From a virus (Duplodnaviria > Caudoviricetes), in the IMG/VR virus record IMGVR_UViG_3300018036_000008, positions 1 to 62,584 of that record: a stretch of 62,584 nt of DNA, one strand, 5' to 3'. Below are positions 20,201 through 28,725 of this stretch, one piece after another. Under the pieces are notes generated by a model. That model was given only the letters and a program-made list of their open reading frames with translations. It did no database searches and was not told the DNA's origin. Numbering within the stretch: the stretch's first letter is position 1; every line of letters starts with the position of its first letter. The translations under genes and the position numbers were made by a program.

Positions 20201-21967
20201 AACATTACTTTGAATAAAGAATAACGGTTGATCTTTTACTTGCTTTCTTTTAAACCTAACTAATGAGGTGTCTGTATAACCACTAGGCTGAGTACTACTA
20301 ACCATTCTAGATACTTGTACAGTATCTCCTTTAACTTTAAAGTTGGATTGTAAGTCTTGTTGGTACTCTATTACTTGTGTGTCTGTGTATCTTTTGGTTG
20401 TGTTAAAGAAGAAACTATCCCCTTGTTTAATAGTACGAACCAAACCACTACCATTACCTCGTGTTTGTGGATCTAAACTTGTGTTGGGTAGGTCTCCAGT
20501 TGTATCTGGCACTAACATAACACCAGACTTACCGGGTGCCGGTAAAGGTAAAGACTTTGGAAGATAATACTTACCATTATTGTCTATTGTCACTGTACCA
20601 TCTACAGGATCACCATTTTCGGATAATACGGGAGTAGGTTCTCTTAACGGAACTGGCTTACTTGTAAGTACAACACCATCATAATACACATTAGAGAGTA
20701 AGTAACTCCTTTTATACTCAGACTGTGAGGGTCTACTTTTATTAATGTCTAGACTAGAGAAACTTAGTTTTCCAGTCGTACGGCTCCAATAAACAGTTCC
20801 TTCTGGAATACTATTTGGAATAGGTAAGTCATTATCACTATCTACTTGTATAGCCTCTAAGTAAGTTCTATTACCAATCTTAATAAGTGGATGTTCTATT
20901 GGTAAAGGAATAGGACTTAAGATATAATGATTTTCGTTTGTCTGTGTGTTTAACTCTTGTAGTAAACCTAAGTTACCTGTATTAGTAGTAGAAAAGTTAT
21001 TTGTGTTAAACCAAAGTTTTAATCCACTGTTGGCTTCGATAAAAGATCCGTTTAATAACAAGACACTGTTATTTACACCAATAACAGCCTCATAACTATT
21101 CCAACCTAAGTCTGCTCTCCATTCTCCAGCGTCCACCAACTCGTCAGATACAATCAAAGTATGTAATGGTGTACTTGTAGAATCCCCATATAAGCCATAT
21201 CTTATAAAACAAAACGAGTCTGTAGTTGTAAAGTCTATTGGAAGTGTTTCTCCTGTAGATAAACCTAACAAGGGTGGATTTAACTTGTATGTACTGTTTT
21301 GTAGAATCTCTCCAACATCCTGCACACTTTTACCTTTAATAGGTGACCACTTAGATGTGTTACCATCCCAGTAAAACCTGGTACTTACATTATCGTTTTT
21401 AGACCAGTAATACTTAGGACGACTTAAACGATAACTACAAGATACAAACTGGTCCATTCTATCCGTAGAAAAGCCTCCATTAAGATTAGTAATACTTGTA
21501 GTGTCTAACTTTACAACACCTGTAAGTGCATTAACGGATTCAAAAGTACAAGTAATCTCTACTTGTGTGTCACCTCTTCTAATAACAATCTGTTCTATAC
21601 TGACCATTGTTCTGTTATTAGGTTCTGTTACTCTAAAAGTAGTATAGTAATCTAAGTTGTTTCCTATAACTGTCACAGTATCTTCGGCTGTTAATACAAC
21701 AGATTCAACATCAGAAAACTGACTGTTAGTAGTAGCAAATACAGCGTAAGTTTCTGTTCCAACATCATTGTTTAATATAGACGCTGTATACATATCTGTG
21801 TAAGGCTCTACAGGACTTGTAGGAACAATGTTATAACCTAGTGATAACATTTCTGTAGGTAGGATATGTTCCCTAGAAACATGAGAGTTAGACTCACCTG
21901 TAGTATCTGCATTACTTGTACTACTTCTAGCAGGTTTTAGTACAAACCCATCCAAAGAAAAAGACAT
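11246..21967 (-). CDS. Giant (3573 aa) virion structural protein, probably baseplate/tail-associated
   Basis: Uninterrupted 10.7-kb ORF, S/T/G/N/V-rich and beta-like; downstream of the spike and hub genes. Confidence 0.7.
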   Translation of the reverse strand: MSFSLDGFVLKPARSSTSNADTTGESNSHVSREHILPTEMLSLGYNIVPTSPVEPYTDMYTASILNNDVGTETYAVFATTNSQFSDVESVVLTAEDTVTVIGNNLDYYTTFRVTEPNNRTMVSIEQIVIRRGDTQVEITCTFESVNALTGVVKLDTTSITNLNGGFSTDRMDQFVSCSYRLSRPKYYWSKNDNVSTRFYWDGNTSKWSPIKGKSVQDVGEILQNSTYKLNPPLLGLSTGETLPIDFTTTDSFCFIRYGLYGDSTSTPLHTLIVSDELVDAGEWRADLGWNSYEAVIGVNNSVLLLNGSFIEANSGLKLWFNTNNFSTTNTGNLGLLQELNTQTNENHYILSPIPLPIEHPLIKIGNRTYLEAIQVDSDNDLPIPNSIPEGTVYWSRTTGKLSFSSLDINKSRPSQSEYKRSYLLSNVYYDGVVLTSKPVPLREPTPVLSENGDPVDGTVTIDNNGKYYLPKSLPLPAPGKSGVMLVPDTTGDLPNTSLDPQTRGNGSGLVRTIKQGDSFFFNTTKRYTDTQVIEYQQDLQSNFKVKGDTVQVSRMVSSTQPSGYTDTSLVRFKRKQVKDQPLFFIQSNVVLASYSNSCKIYTRKQEPYICEGGEQLVVDVDNTTTTITLTTGTYSAFEMAVYLNSIVPNNPFKAFRGYLYVEGVSSLEIGYNPNVLDLSGHSVLGLLPTWKVDITSDTHRWLPDSGVSLNLYRSPTNLTDLNGSPDTMAYWRLEDTVIQKEIISFPFQAVDQFPLEDLPGFEEDVHFRVVLGGFPINIPNYGFNAGVGVIYDYDESRLLWTEFGKTLKTNVDQLTNTLQLNDVSVIPQTLSSLTMGDSDFGLYYKDVYSSPQELVIGENFLLEDEGASGQASLIQQVAVNTYSGSGGQGLSVLFSNPVLSNNSSQNTQLQADLFNLVNVGNLLDLQTTDSKGVYRVTNKSLVGGICTLTVDPPFPYSFTNAKWKIYNTKDLTQLDESLVANVKMFTQESFLEEPIQVKVLSPCGTRNTTLEANITSISTQSKTVSVRFGIVGLEVPIYTLVKGYDLGVIRNTNLNYPDITSKYFTESSASNIFFQFRVGDGIFNSNNGLLLWDNVTPDPDRINIVSSTGEIQVGDNVLATYSGNTLYLDELFRLSSNLVNEAELQLSDGVLNIPDTVDGDVECYFVVEQIVKESFDVQVSPLNGGVFLQTPLLENDLVEISYYLADDYGDKLQENGSPVKVTEFLSHIIRLEECTRVDEYNYSFNLNNKAVDTNFNVSVWVDSRLYNLWDNNYSIDFNNNLIVFNIPIEDSAVVQINYGMLSALGGEQAFGTSQFPLYRKPISLKAGENTFEVEGDRTLNFPVDHCLAIGSTLFYIDNSVYDSITNTTLVTVFPIQEGDVGSVSPGNDEPLLVSDYPVRNNSNFMVVLATTYLPIDKGSDRIVIVGNVSQVIKDNYVLDINGYPFLVGGVSLTEDGSYTVISLNKPSSVGLSGGTIKVSLTPLIFNIKQFLLPYLPVLGEPTAVLTTGNGIGRALTQGKDYNLNSNGVVTLKEALQPLEYLYVSYTKYIQVQPLIQENAELYPEYYGQYLILSEPNEDNRIEGGRLKGSYSFYSPDSFSFQIQPLQDYVVTVVDEILSSTSGTGTGVTQATTCIDTSEQGNLGLYGEVNTLLNKDRACRSYIEFYNDVIVGFEQVLETISGKFIGDRDGKFRFNIGHGRKYTPEGFENSITGNINPRLIWRSIVEEWAENLQGAYFEESDPIVDPKTSTETNPTNRPNSQDGRTPNTQTLDKFITLQRQKVRNDMDDRVLIGFARNRGWAALSPKMDVAGIFKYMSQPSKLSRLFPSQTKHFSRLFPGLEYSVDTNDGSITGPGYFSPGRTIEVTGTEPDTVSKEKVSTKNTTIGTVSNPALGTITGIVDVNIERRYGRGRVWAYYPNGNDDLDSAYGIVTTGVATIVVTPLYLSELPIDTETGFPDSSQLLSNGGTLIDVNTGDADLDTPGIEIGNRVIWGTPDGKLYDLITGESGLYVNEVLSGCVITLVDKDGNSISGDDIVVSETQTLQDIISSNNGFGDTLLATAPKDFDSVPADNESATVEELNTLINVIPDFRIDFDIKLDKNSGELRDATLPNSDDDGINIRSIFGQNPPEPLTPIEGIVNFQYTGPNPVQLPCLLGQDRDDSGDVQVPYLKPLNTELDVLGSISTVMGLILQDTNYSPKPSVTAFSSGYSYTIDYQYWDSVLPDEHRIIDGTYYAVQDGVHNPSTLYTTESLRPITSTGVYQTRSGIGSVRRGDIGFVQLNQPNLPVSMYEGIITVGDITDNSVELARYVYPTYIGDFHQYHLKGAYSHKGNSVSGVYITETIVGIDRTTTFEFSSVSGLTLQGLFNLFFNTNNVFNINLFDGAGGFVGTITFDQVLTGSTFWTYDTSATVVPHFLTSIMSFTGTTTFSVETNVSSMGPLQVLGLTPDTYYDFTIDLDTYITSETNTYTGGALTVGNGAGSTTCQIEQDLLTFSELIDLSTASPRNTYPFDGNTSYEMGIQLDVISHSGGFFSLNVNSKNQINGGDYLTYLERVGPDVNGLVPVGQPYLTTTDGTGRGRLRAMSWEYHHNTNWGVSDVSSIKLSLAPSSDVGTSTTRIYSGIGTIYDYGTYGGFARVGAFTWIQDLNNTDVSQVEAGDIVLVKGKVTNGTYLVRHAVEANGETDNSGAKLRGVKPEILMGTNTKLDLTFPVLDSFDSDTEVITLSNVVPVKETPNGSGFETNSRFFFILNPQYATWDGSYTLDEDSVYSCEGTISYDNNTQTGTITGLSGYRNASGGIILKGTFFNALSNGILVSGMKYVGVKQIDSTLPTNNCVGSSSHSATGFETHGGFQFITLTNKQSFHSLQPYKTFSSGVNTIVNHIGTPPVSSLAIYVPTPTSNNVFQEDSSLPVYGRRTLPVSTQTDGMQGVAVHISLESLTSGDWDTIHFDIGAPANNLQCLLPQDAFVLSDNIDTSIGQYGFLALGGIFCEPSFPKPVTFGLLTSHDNSPRVVSNITGLTPGSLVGFRQVKDFTTPPQNSEFVSVVVRRIRRFHTEQDNVTDLGTDLPFIYEIRQGVVDTASNKQLVAVSGTTLGGFKDLKVNIQSGDVVRLYDSNGNLQEENEVLKVVDDNTIKLKYQLMFTYSGEKFEVFLKNNLSPIEQSCEELLESITQEVVFQRKVSRVNSNEDGGLVQDFNVLQDTLVTDWSTEGVQEGDYIIVDPAGDLYSGNEKGYRPNGDVALTDNGQDKVGVTPDGITNVYVASKPSVTDDNRGFYRVGTLDTDNPSKLTVSGSSVFCGSDESGTDNVVFGGIEDYGLGLDYRYVVLPTISDSSITVNGKEGQQSLRPTARPVSDLYNLRNGVDIFKSIEPLAYRIIRPTGLITQDTIELVLFMRERMLSWIEEIQSYYNGSRGGTYYDFQKDDHLLDVGSPVDYSSGLGVYSNGFIVDIQGLANVAPFSNNNDCLSILDRRFWVLDTTLDYTSPVGVVEKYTSFEQGVGQVRPVLPDYIQDSLSLDEDLRGQRLAWINARSNVYNGTLQQAQRSVSLIEEEVQKQQDLAKQQQNSKGGGGSSCQ

Positions 21968-21978
21968 ATTGTTTCCAT

Positions 21979-22551
21979 TTAATATAATTTAGATCTTGAT
22001 ATACCAGTACTTGGCGCCGGCCCTGCCCCACCTACTGAAACTCCCGTACCAGTACCTGTTAACATTATACCAGCAACACCATTAGAAATGGCTATACATA
22101 ATAAATTAGTAGATAAACCGTTTATTTTTTGGCTACCTAAACTAGATTTTAATAATGGAATAAGTGTAGCGGGATTAACAAAAACTACTTTACTAACATC
22201 CGCACCGATGGCTCCTGTACTACTTCCTCTATATTGTGCTGTTGTGTTTAACGCTGTTGTAATACCTATGGCTAAACCACTTGCTAGTTGTCGGGCTGAG
22301 GGTCCGTTTAAACCCACTGCAGAAAAGGCGGCGTTCATGGCGACAGTGTTTGGTACAAAAAACATCTTTCCTTGAACCCTTCCTGTTCCAGCCGCCCCGT
22401 TTGTAGACCCTAGTATTAAAACATTAGATTGTAACTTAGCCCATCTACAAACTGCTTTACTAACACTCTTTGCTAGTTTCTTTTTTGTGGGTCCTACCAA
22501 TGTACCTGTTGCTATATTAATTTGTGTTGTCATTACATTAGGATTTAACAT
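21979..22551 (-). CDS. Gly/Ala-rich spike-associated protein
   Basis: Directly follows the spike gene; has an internal two-fold repeat. Confidence 0.55.
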   Translation of the reverse strand: MLNPNVMTTQINIATGTLVGPTKKKLAKSVSKAVCRWAKLQSNVLILGSTNGAAGTGRVQGKMFFVPNTVAMNAAFSAVGLNGPSARQLASGLAIGITTALNTTAQYRGSSTGAIGADVSKVVFVNPATLIPLLKSSLGSQKINGLSTNLLCIAISNGVAGIMLTGTGTGVSVGGAGPAPSTGISRSKLY

Positions 22552-24908
22552 TACCTTACCTTAAACTTTCTATTACCTGTTGTACCACTTAAACGAAAAG
22601 TTCTTCCTGTTAAGTGACACTTACATTGATCTGTTAAAACATTCTCTGTAATACCAACACCAACACCTTTAACATATAAAAACTTAGTACTAATAGTTGT
22701 AGACACACTAGCGTCTAATTCCATTTTAGCTGTATTAACACCCACCACACCTAAAGGACTATCTAGATTAATACCTCTTGTGGATTGTATCTGTACACCT
22801 TCTGTTGGATGTAGAACAATGTCTGCACTATAACCGCTGTTAATACCTGAGTGTAACTCTACAGCCAAAGGAACTTTTACTTTGGAAAAGAGAAAAGGTA
22901 CCGGAAATAAACTTTTAATTTTATCCGTAATAATACCTTTTAAGTCACCACCTACAATACTAATACCTCCAGCGGATGTGGAGTTTACAACATTACCCAC
23001 TTTTGTGCTAAAGTTATAACCGCCATTTACAGACTCAATAGTGAAAACATCGTCAATAAGAGCGGGTTTTGTAAACTTTATACTATACCCACCATGTATT
23101 GTTTCAGCCTTATCTCCATTAATAGTACTGGTAATACCTTCTGTGTTTAAGTTCATTGTACTTGTAGACAACAATATACTATCTTCTGTGTTTACATTTA
23201 ACTGTGTACCTTGTATGTTTGTGGACGTATTTATCATACGAAATGTTTTACTAACAGCCTCGATAGTATTAGGTGTTTCAAAACTAAGTCCTACACGACC
23301 CTCTAAGTCCGTACTAAAACCTCCACCATATAACTTTACAAAACCACTTTGAGTTTCTAACTTAATACCTGTATTGTCTTTCTTAGAGCCTTGTCCATTA
23401 TGTTCTACTTCGAAACTACCTTGTACTTGAAACTTTTGAGACACACCTTTAGGGTCTGTATGTAAACTTGTAATCCTACCTGACTCATAAAACTCTTCGT
23501 ATGTGTCAGAACCCTTACCTGGAAAGTAAGACTTTAAGGCTCCACCTTTTGTAATAGCCATGAAAGCCGGAGGTGTAGACCCTGTTGGATTGTTAACCTT
23601 TACCATCCATGCTAAGTGTTGACTTATTGGTGTATTAGGAGGGGCTGGTTTTAAACTTGGATTAGGTTTACCTTGTTCATCGTGTACACTAGCAATAATA
23701 GGAACACCATAAGACTCAGGGCTTCCTATAGAGTCGTTTCCTATAACAGTACCCATAACCATTTCAACCATGGCACTGTTCTTACTTTTATTATTACTGT
23801 TTAAGTCTTTTGTACTACTATCACCATTAAGACTAGGGGGTAGTCTGTCTATATCAATACCATCTGTCTGTTCTGTTACAGGTAGTGTTCCATCTGCTGT
23901 ATGGGCTACTTCAATACGATACTCTGTAAAAGTATCCATACTAGTATCTGTCACACTATTAAATAAGTCCTTAGAAACCCTATAAAAGTTTTTACCCCCG
24001 TATGTAGCCCCACTTACGGACTTAGTATCTATAAGTTGACCTTCCTCGTCCATAAACAAACCTTTTTGTAAAGTGGACTTAGGATCTACACCACCGAATC
24101 TAAGTTCGTCTTCACTAAAGACAGGATTTATTTTTACTTGACCAGGGTTGTCTGACAAGTCTAGTTCGTCTAACACTAACGGATTACCTTCGTTGTCTAA
24201 CTGTTTAGGATTACTGTAGTCCACACCATCGTCTACAAGCCAAGTTGGTAATAAGTTAGCGTCCCTTTGTACCATACCTCCGTATACTCGGAATCCTGAA
24301 CCCGCATGAAATTGTTGTAAGGTTCTAACAACAAGACTTTGGTCACTGTCTCTAAGTATTAACTCATTACCTCTTCTATTAGCGAGTGTTAAACCTTCAC
24401 TTAGAATAATGTCCGAACCTTGACTACTGGACATTACAACATTACCTTCGTCCATCTGTCTTAGTTTATGTCTTCTTTTACCGTATAAACCTTGTAACTC
24501 TAGTTCTGTTTTAGGATTATATTCTAGTTGATCTGGGTCTGTAACTTGTGTAACTAACCAATCGTATCCAACATTATAACCAGGTACTAACCAGTTAACG
24601 ATGTAAGGTGTTCTGTTAAAACCGGACTCTGCACTTGTATAACCTATAATACAAAGATCGTTTACTTGAGGTATGGCTCCTATAAAGTGTCTAGCCCCCG
24701 CACTAGGAAAAGTCATTGGAACATTTTCATAAGTGTCACTATTTCCACTTAAAGTTCTAAGATCCAATACAAGACTTTTACTGTCTACTCTCGTAACTTT
24801 AGCGACTCTTAAAGGAAAAGTATTACCGTCACCACCAGACCTTCCCTCCCTGAGTTTATTACGACCTACTTGTCTATCTAATGTTGCTTTTGGTGTTGTT
24901 ATTTTCAT
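22551..24908 (-). CDS. Baseplate central spike (gp5/gpV/VgrG-like)
   Basis: N-terminal OB-fold pattern (VAKVTRVD...ENVPM...AIPQVNDLCIIGY); C-terminal beta-helix-like repeats. Confidence 0.75.
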   Translation of the reverse strand: MKITTPKATLDRQVGRNKLREGRSGGDGNTFPLRVAKVTRVDSKSLVLDLRTLSGNSDTYENVPMTFPSAGARHFIGAIPQVNDLCIIGYTSAESGFNRTPYIVNWLVPGYNVGYDWLVTQVTDPDQLEYNPKTELELQGLYGKRRHKLRQMDEGNVVMSSSQGSDIILSEGLTLANRRGNELILRDSDQSLVVRTLQQFHAGSGFRVYGGMVQRDANLLPTWLVDDGVDYSNPKQLDNEGNPLVLDELDLSDNPGQVKINPVFSEDELRFGGVDPKSTLQKGLFMDEEGQLIDTKSVSGATYGGKNFYRVSKDLFNSVTDTSMDTFTEYRIEVAHTADGTLPVTEQTDGIDIDRLPPSLNGDSSTKDLNSNNKSKNSAMVEMVMGTVIGNDSIGSPESYGVPIIASVHDEQGKPNPSLKPAPPNTPISQHLAWMVKVNNPTGSTPPAFMAITKGGALKSYFPGKGSDTYEEFYESGRITSLHTDPKGVSQKFQVQGSFEVEHNGQGSKKDNTGIKLETQSGFVKLYGGGFSTDLEGRVGLSFETPNTIEAVSKTFRMINTSTNIQGTQLNVNTEDSILLSTSTMNLNTEGITSTINGDKAETIHGGYSIKFTKPALIDDVFTIESVNGGYNFSTKVGNVVNSTSAGGISIVGGDLKGIITDKIKSLFPVPFLFSKVKVPLAVELHSGINSGYSADIVLHPTEGVQIQSTRGINLDSPLGVVGVNTAKMELDASVSTTISTKFLYVKGVGVGITENVLTDQCKCHLTGRTFRLSGTTGNRKFKVR

Positions 24909-27900
24909 TACTCATCCTCACCAAAGACATTGTCTATATTGGTTATAATCTGTTGTAGGTTTTGTACTTCTTGTTGGCCTTGGTTTACTGTACTTTGAAA
25001 GCCTCCTAGTAAGGCTTGTATATTAGTATTATCTACACTAGACTCAAATACAGTATTGTCTTCTCCAGACATAGCCTTTTTACTTTCTACCCATCCTTGT
25101 GTTTTAGCTAAGGCTTCCTCTTTTAGAAACTCTTGTACAGACTCGTCACCATACAATGTTTCTAATTGTTGATTAAAGGCTTGTAAAAAGAACGCTCCAT
25201 CAGAACCTTTACACACACAAATACCTTCGTCAAAGTCCAAGTTAGCGAGTTGACTTGCTCCAACATTACCTAATACCCTTTGACCTCTAAAGTAAGATGT
25301 TACAGGTATGTTTCGTATTCTAAGTTTAGGAGAAATATCCCCACCAGCATCTAAAGTTTCTATTTTCTCCATAAGTTCTTCTTCAGACCCTACATCAAAA
25401 GAGGCTAAGATTGCCTTGTACTCGGAATCCTCATACTCAGTTAATAAATCACTAATGTTATTAGAAGCCGCGTATCCTATTAGGAAGTTTTCTACTGCGG
25501 CCATATCACTTGTTTGAACACCTTGTCCTTCAATAATAGATTCTCCTTCCGACTTTTCAGATTGGAATAACTTAGAGTATGTGTCTATTGTAAGACCTCT
25601 ACCATAAGGTAATGTTCCTATCACTGTATACCCACTCTGATCAGATACTGGAAAGACAGGTGTGTAATGTTCTATAGACTTAGTATCTTCTACATATATG
25701 TAAAACACACCTTCTAAAGGATCTGTAATAGTACCGGGTCCAAATAAATTATTAAACAGTTGTGCTCTGTATGTCATAAAGTCTTCATACAAGTCACTAT
25801 TCTGTTTAAGTTTTTTAACACCCTCGTTTATAACAGCATTTAACCAAGTCATAGTCCAAGAGGTAATGTTAGACGCACTTTTCTTTGTGCATTTTGTGTT
25901 GTCTAAACCTAACTCTATAACAGTATAGTTTAAACTATCGTCATAATAAGCCTGTTGAAAGTTATTATAACCGTCTTGTACTTTACTGGTATTTTCCACA
26001 CCTAATTGATTTTGGAAGTTTTCTAGGGCATATTCGACTTCAAAGACCATGTCTATAAAACGGTCTTGTAGAAGTTCATTACTAGGTATGGTCATGGCGT
26101 GTTGGTATAACAAGTCCGTTATACCTTCACTTACACTTCTTTTACTTATCTTAAAGTTAGAGATGTTACTAGATCTGGGATCTACTTTCGTAAGTTTTAC
26201 TTTCTTCCTTTGTAAGTGTGGACCAAAGGTGATAGCGTAAATGTCTGCTGTACTTACTACCCTCTTTTGACTATTAGACCCATCAGCATCGTTAACCAAA
26301 GATAATACTTTCACACCCCTAATCTCACTAACGGACTTCTCTACTAACTCCATACCCAAACCATCATTTCTATTCCTAAACTGTAATACAGTAGGAATAA
26401 TAGAATCCGTACCGTGACCACTGTCCTCTACTTCTATAGGTGTGTCACTATCTTGGTCTACTATTAAGTTATAAGGGGCTTGGTGTATAGGGTCTGGATG
26501 AGAACAAGAGTAGTACCTGTACCGTCCTGTTAAGTTATTACCTGGGTCGAATGTATTCTTTAAGGAACTCTGTAAACTAATATAGTTGATAAGGTTCCCA
26601 GCATCCTCTATGTCTGCCACACCACCATATCTAAGATCTATTTGTTGAATTAAGTAGGCTACACTTTCTCCAAGTTGTGTGTCACTAACTTGGTCCGCGT
26701 CCCTTTGTTGTGTGTATTCTGTTTTAAAGGCTTCTAAGTGTATTGGTATCTGTTCCTCACTAGACTTACTTAAGTAAAACACATCCTTATCGAACACATC
26801 CCTGTATACAAGTCCAGAAGCTAAAACTAATTCAATAAAACTTTCAGGGGATACTTTACTTTTATCTACATCTACTGTTTCATAGTTGAGTTTATTTATA
26901 TCCAAAGCCATAATAACATTAGGAAATCCAACCATCCTAGGAGGTGTTATAGAGTCTGGATTAGAAGGATACATTAGAATTGGTTGTGGTGGATACTCAC
27001 CGGGGGAATCTAACCTAACATCTTCGATTGTTGGTAGTTTACTATCTGAACGGGACTTAACTGGTGGACACCATTTAGATCTTTTACCCACCCAGCTAAT
27101 ACTTGTAGTACCACCACCAGCATAGGAGAAACTATGGCTAACACTTTCTACATAATAGAAACAGTCTTTGGATTCTACATATACAGGATAACCTGGTTTA
27201 AGTTCAGGTCTTAGTGGTATTTCAATAGAACCACTTGTCGTTCCTATATTCGCTAAGTCTAGTCTGTTTATACAGGATAAAAAGATAGCCTGTTTACTAG
27301 TAAAGTACTTAGTATCAAAACTTTCTTCCCTATAACCATATTGAGCCACCAATCTATAATCAATATAAGTAGCCCCTACTCCAGCCCATCCATCAATACC
27401 AGTGTCTATGTTACCCCAATGTGATCCTGTACCTTTAATGATAGTAGCATTAGGTTCGGCTTGACTTTCTTCTATGGAAATAAGATCCCTGTCTTTAATA
27501 ACATATACAGGGTCTTGTCTTGTGTCTAAGTTGTACATAGGAGGCTTAAATACAAAGTCACCATCCGCATCCTGAAAAAACTCGAAACCCGTTACTTCTA
27601 ATACTTGATTAACAATGTCTAGTTTACTAGCGTATTCTGTTTCAAACATATTAACAGAGCCCTGAGCACTTATGTCATAAACAAAGGCTTGCATCTTTAA
27701 AACATCCTCTGTTATTACGGACCCTTTATTATTTTGAGTACTATATACACCAGCATTAGTAGCCATACGATTATAACCAAGTCTTCTTAAACGGGCTTTA
27801 ACAGCACTACTACCTTGTAAGTCGTAACTACCTGTATCTTTTAAGGCTTCCATAACAGTTGTGACTTGTTTACTAAAGTTGTCACTACTACCAATCCATC

Positions 27901-28723
27901 TACCTAAGTAAGCCTGTTCAAAAGCGTTGAATAGCCTACCATCCATACCATACATTCTTAAACGACCCGCAGACTCTTGCCACCTTTTCTCCCACCACTC
28001 AGCAGCATGTGCAAATTGTTCTTGTCCATCTGTATCAGACTTAGCACTAATGTTAGTAGCCTGTGCGAACTTAAACTCTACACCAAAAGCTGCACCGAAA
28101 CCTACTTTTACAAGAGTGTAGATAATAGAATAAGGATTAGCGCTTGTAAACTTATGACCACTTAAATGAATCTGGTTACCAGAGTTAGCGGGTCGTTTAG
28201 CAAAAGCCGCTCCGTTAACACTTACTTTTAAGTTCTGCCAAAAATGTAAAAGGTTGGCACAAGATATAGTAGCACTATAAAATCCACCATCGAAAGAGTG
28301 ACTTACACTTGTACTAACACCCCTAAAGACTTGGTAATATGGATACACACTTACATCATCCGGATCAAAACCGTCTATGTTTGTTATACCTTTACCCGCA
28401 TAGTTCTTTGTAGGAAAGTACCCTTTCAGTAAGATAATAACCTCCATACCGTTTTTAATAAGAAAGTTACCGTCTCTATCAAAAACATCTTTAGCATGTT
28501 GAGGTACACTAATAGAAACAGAAGCACTAGTGATAGGGTCTTTACTTACATCACAAGATACGGATGTGATGTATTGTTGTAGGTTGATCTTTTTATTACA
28601 AGACACACAGCTGGCGAACTCTGTAAAACCATTCACTAAAACAATAGCGTCTGGAGCATGTCTAACTAATGTTTTATTGTTTAATTTCCAAGTTCCTACA
28701 TAAGGTCTATCTTGTATTCCCAT
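24908..28723 (-). CDS. Baseplate hub protein (gp27/gpD-like) with a long C-terminal extension
   Basis: SKLDIVNQVLEVTGFEFFQDADGDFVFKPP and GSIEIPLRPELKPGYPV...YYVESVSHSF; position between tape measure and spike. Confidence 0.75.
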   Translation of the reverse strand: MGIQDRPYVGTWKLNNKTLVRHAPDAIVLVNGFTEFASCVSCNKKINLQQYITSVSCDVSKDPITSASVSISVPQHAKDVFDRDGNFLIKNGMEVIILLKGYFPTKNYAGKGITNIDGFDPDDVSVYPYYQVFRGVSTSVSHSFDGGFYSATISCANLLHFWQNLKVSVNGAAFAKRPANSGNQIHLSGHKFTSANPYSIIYTLVKVGFGAAFGVEFKFAQATNISAKSDTDGQEQFAHAAEWWEKRWQESAGRLRMYGMDGRLFNAFEQAYLGRWIGSSDNFSKQVTTVMEALKDTGSYDLQGSSAVKARLRRLGYNRMATNAGVYSTQNNKGSVITEDVLKMQAFVYDISAQGSVNMFETEYASKLDIVNQVLEVTGFEFFQDADGDFVFKPPMYNLDTRQDPVYVIKDRDLISIEESQAEPNATIIKGTGSHWGNIDTGIDGWAGVGATYIDYRLVAQYGYREESFDTKYFTSKQAIFLSCINRLDLANIGTTSGSIEIPLRPELKPGYPVYVESKDCFYYVESVSHSFSYAGGGTTSISWVGKRSKWCPPVKSRSDSKLPTIEDVRLDSPGEYPPQPILMYPSNPDSITPPRMVGFPNVIMALDINKLNYETVDVDKSKVSPESFIELVLASGLVYRDVFDKDVFYLSKSSEEQIPIHLEAFKTEYTQQRDADQVSDTQLGESVAYLIQQIDLRYGGVADIEDAGNLINYISLQSSLKNTFDPGNNLTGRYRYYSCSHPDPIHQAPYNLIVDQDSDTPIEVEDSGHGTDSIIPTVLQFRNRNDGLGMELVEKSVSEIRGVKVLSLVNDADGSNSQKRVVSTADIYAITFGPHLQRKKVKLTKVDPRSSNISNFKISKRSVSEGITDLLYQHAMTIPSNELLQDRFIDMVFEVEYALENFQNQLGVENTSKVQDGYNNFQQAYYDDSLNYTVIELGLDNTKCTKKSASNITSWTMTWLNAVINEGVKKLKQNSDLYEDFMTYRAQLFNNLFGPGTITDPLEGVFYIYVEDTKSIEHYTPVFPVSDQSGYTVIGTLPYGRGLTIDTYSKLFQSEKSEGESIIEGQGVQTSDMAAVENFLIGYAASNNISDLLTEYEDSEYKAILASFDVGSEEELMEKIETLDAGGDISPKLRIRNIPVTSYFRGQRVLGNVGASQLANLDFDEGICVCKGSDGAFFLQAFNQQLETLYGDESVQEFLKEEALAKTQGWVESKKAMSGEDNTVFESSVDNTNIQALLGGFQSTVNQGQQEVQNLQQIITNIDNVFGEDE

Positions 28724-28725
28724 TG

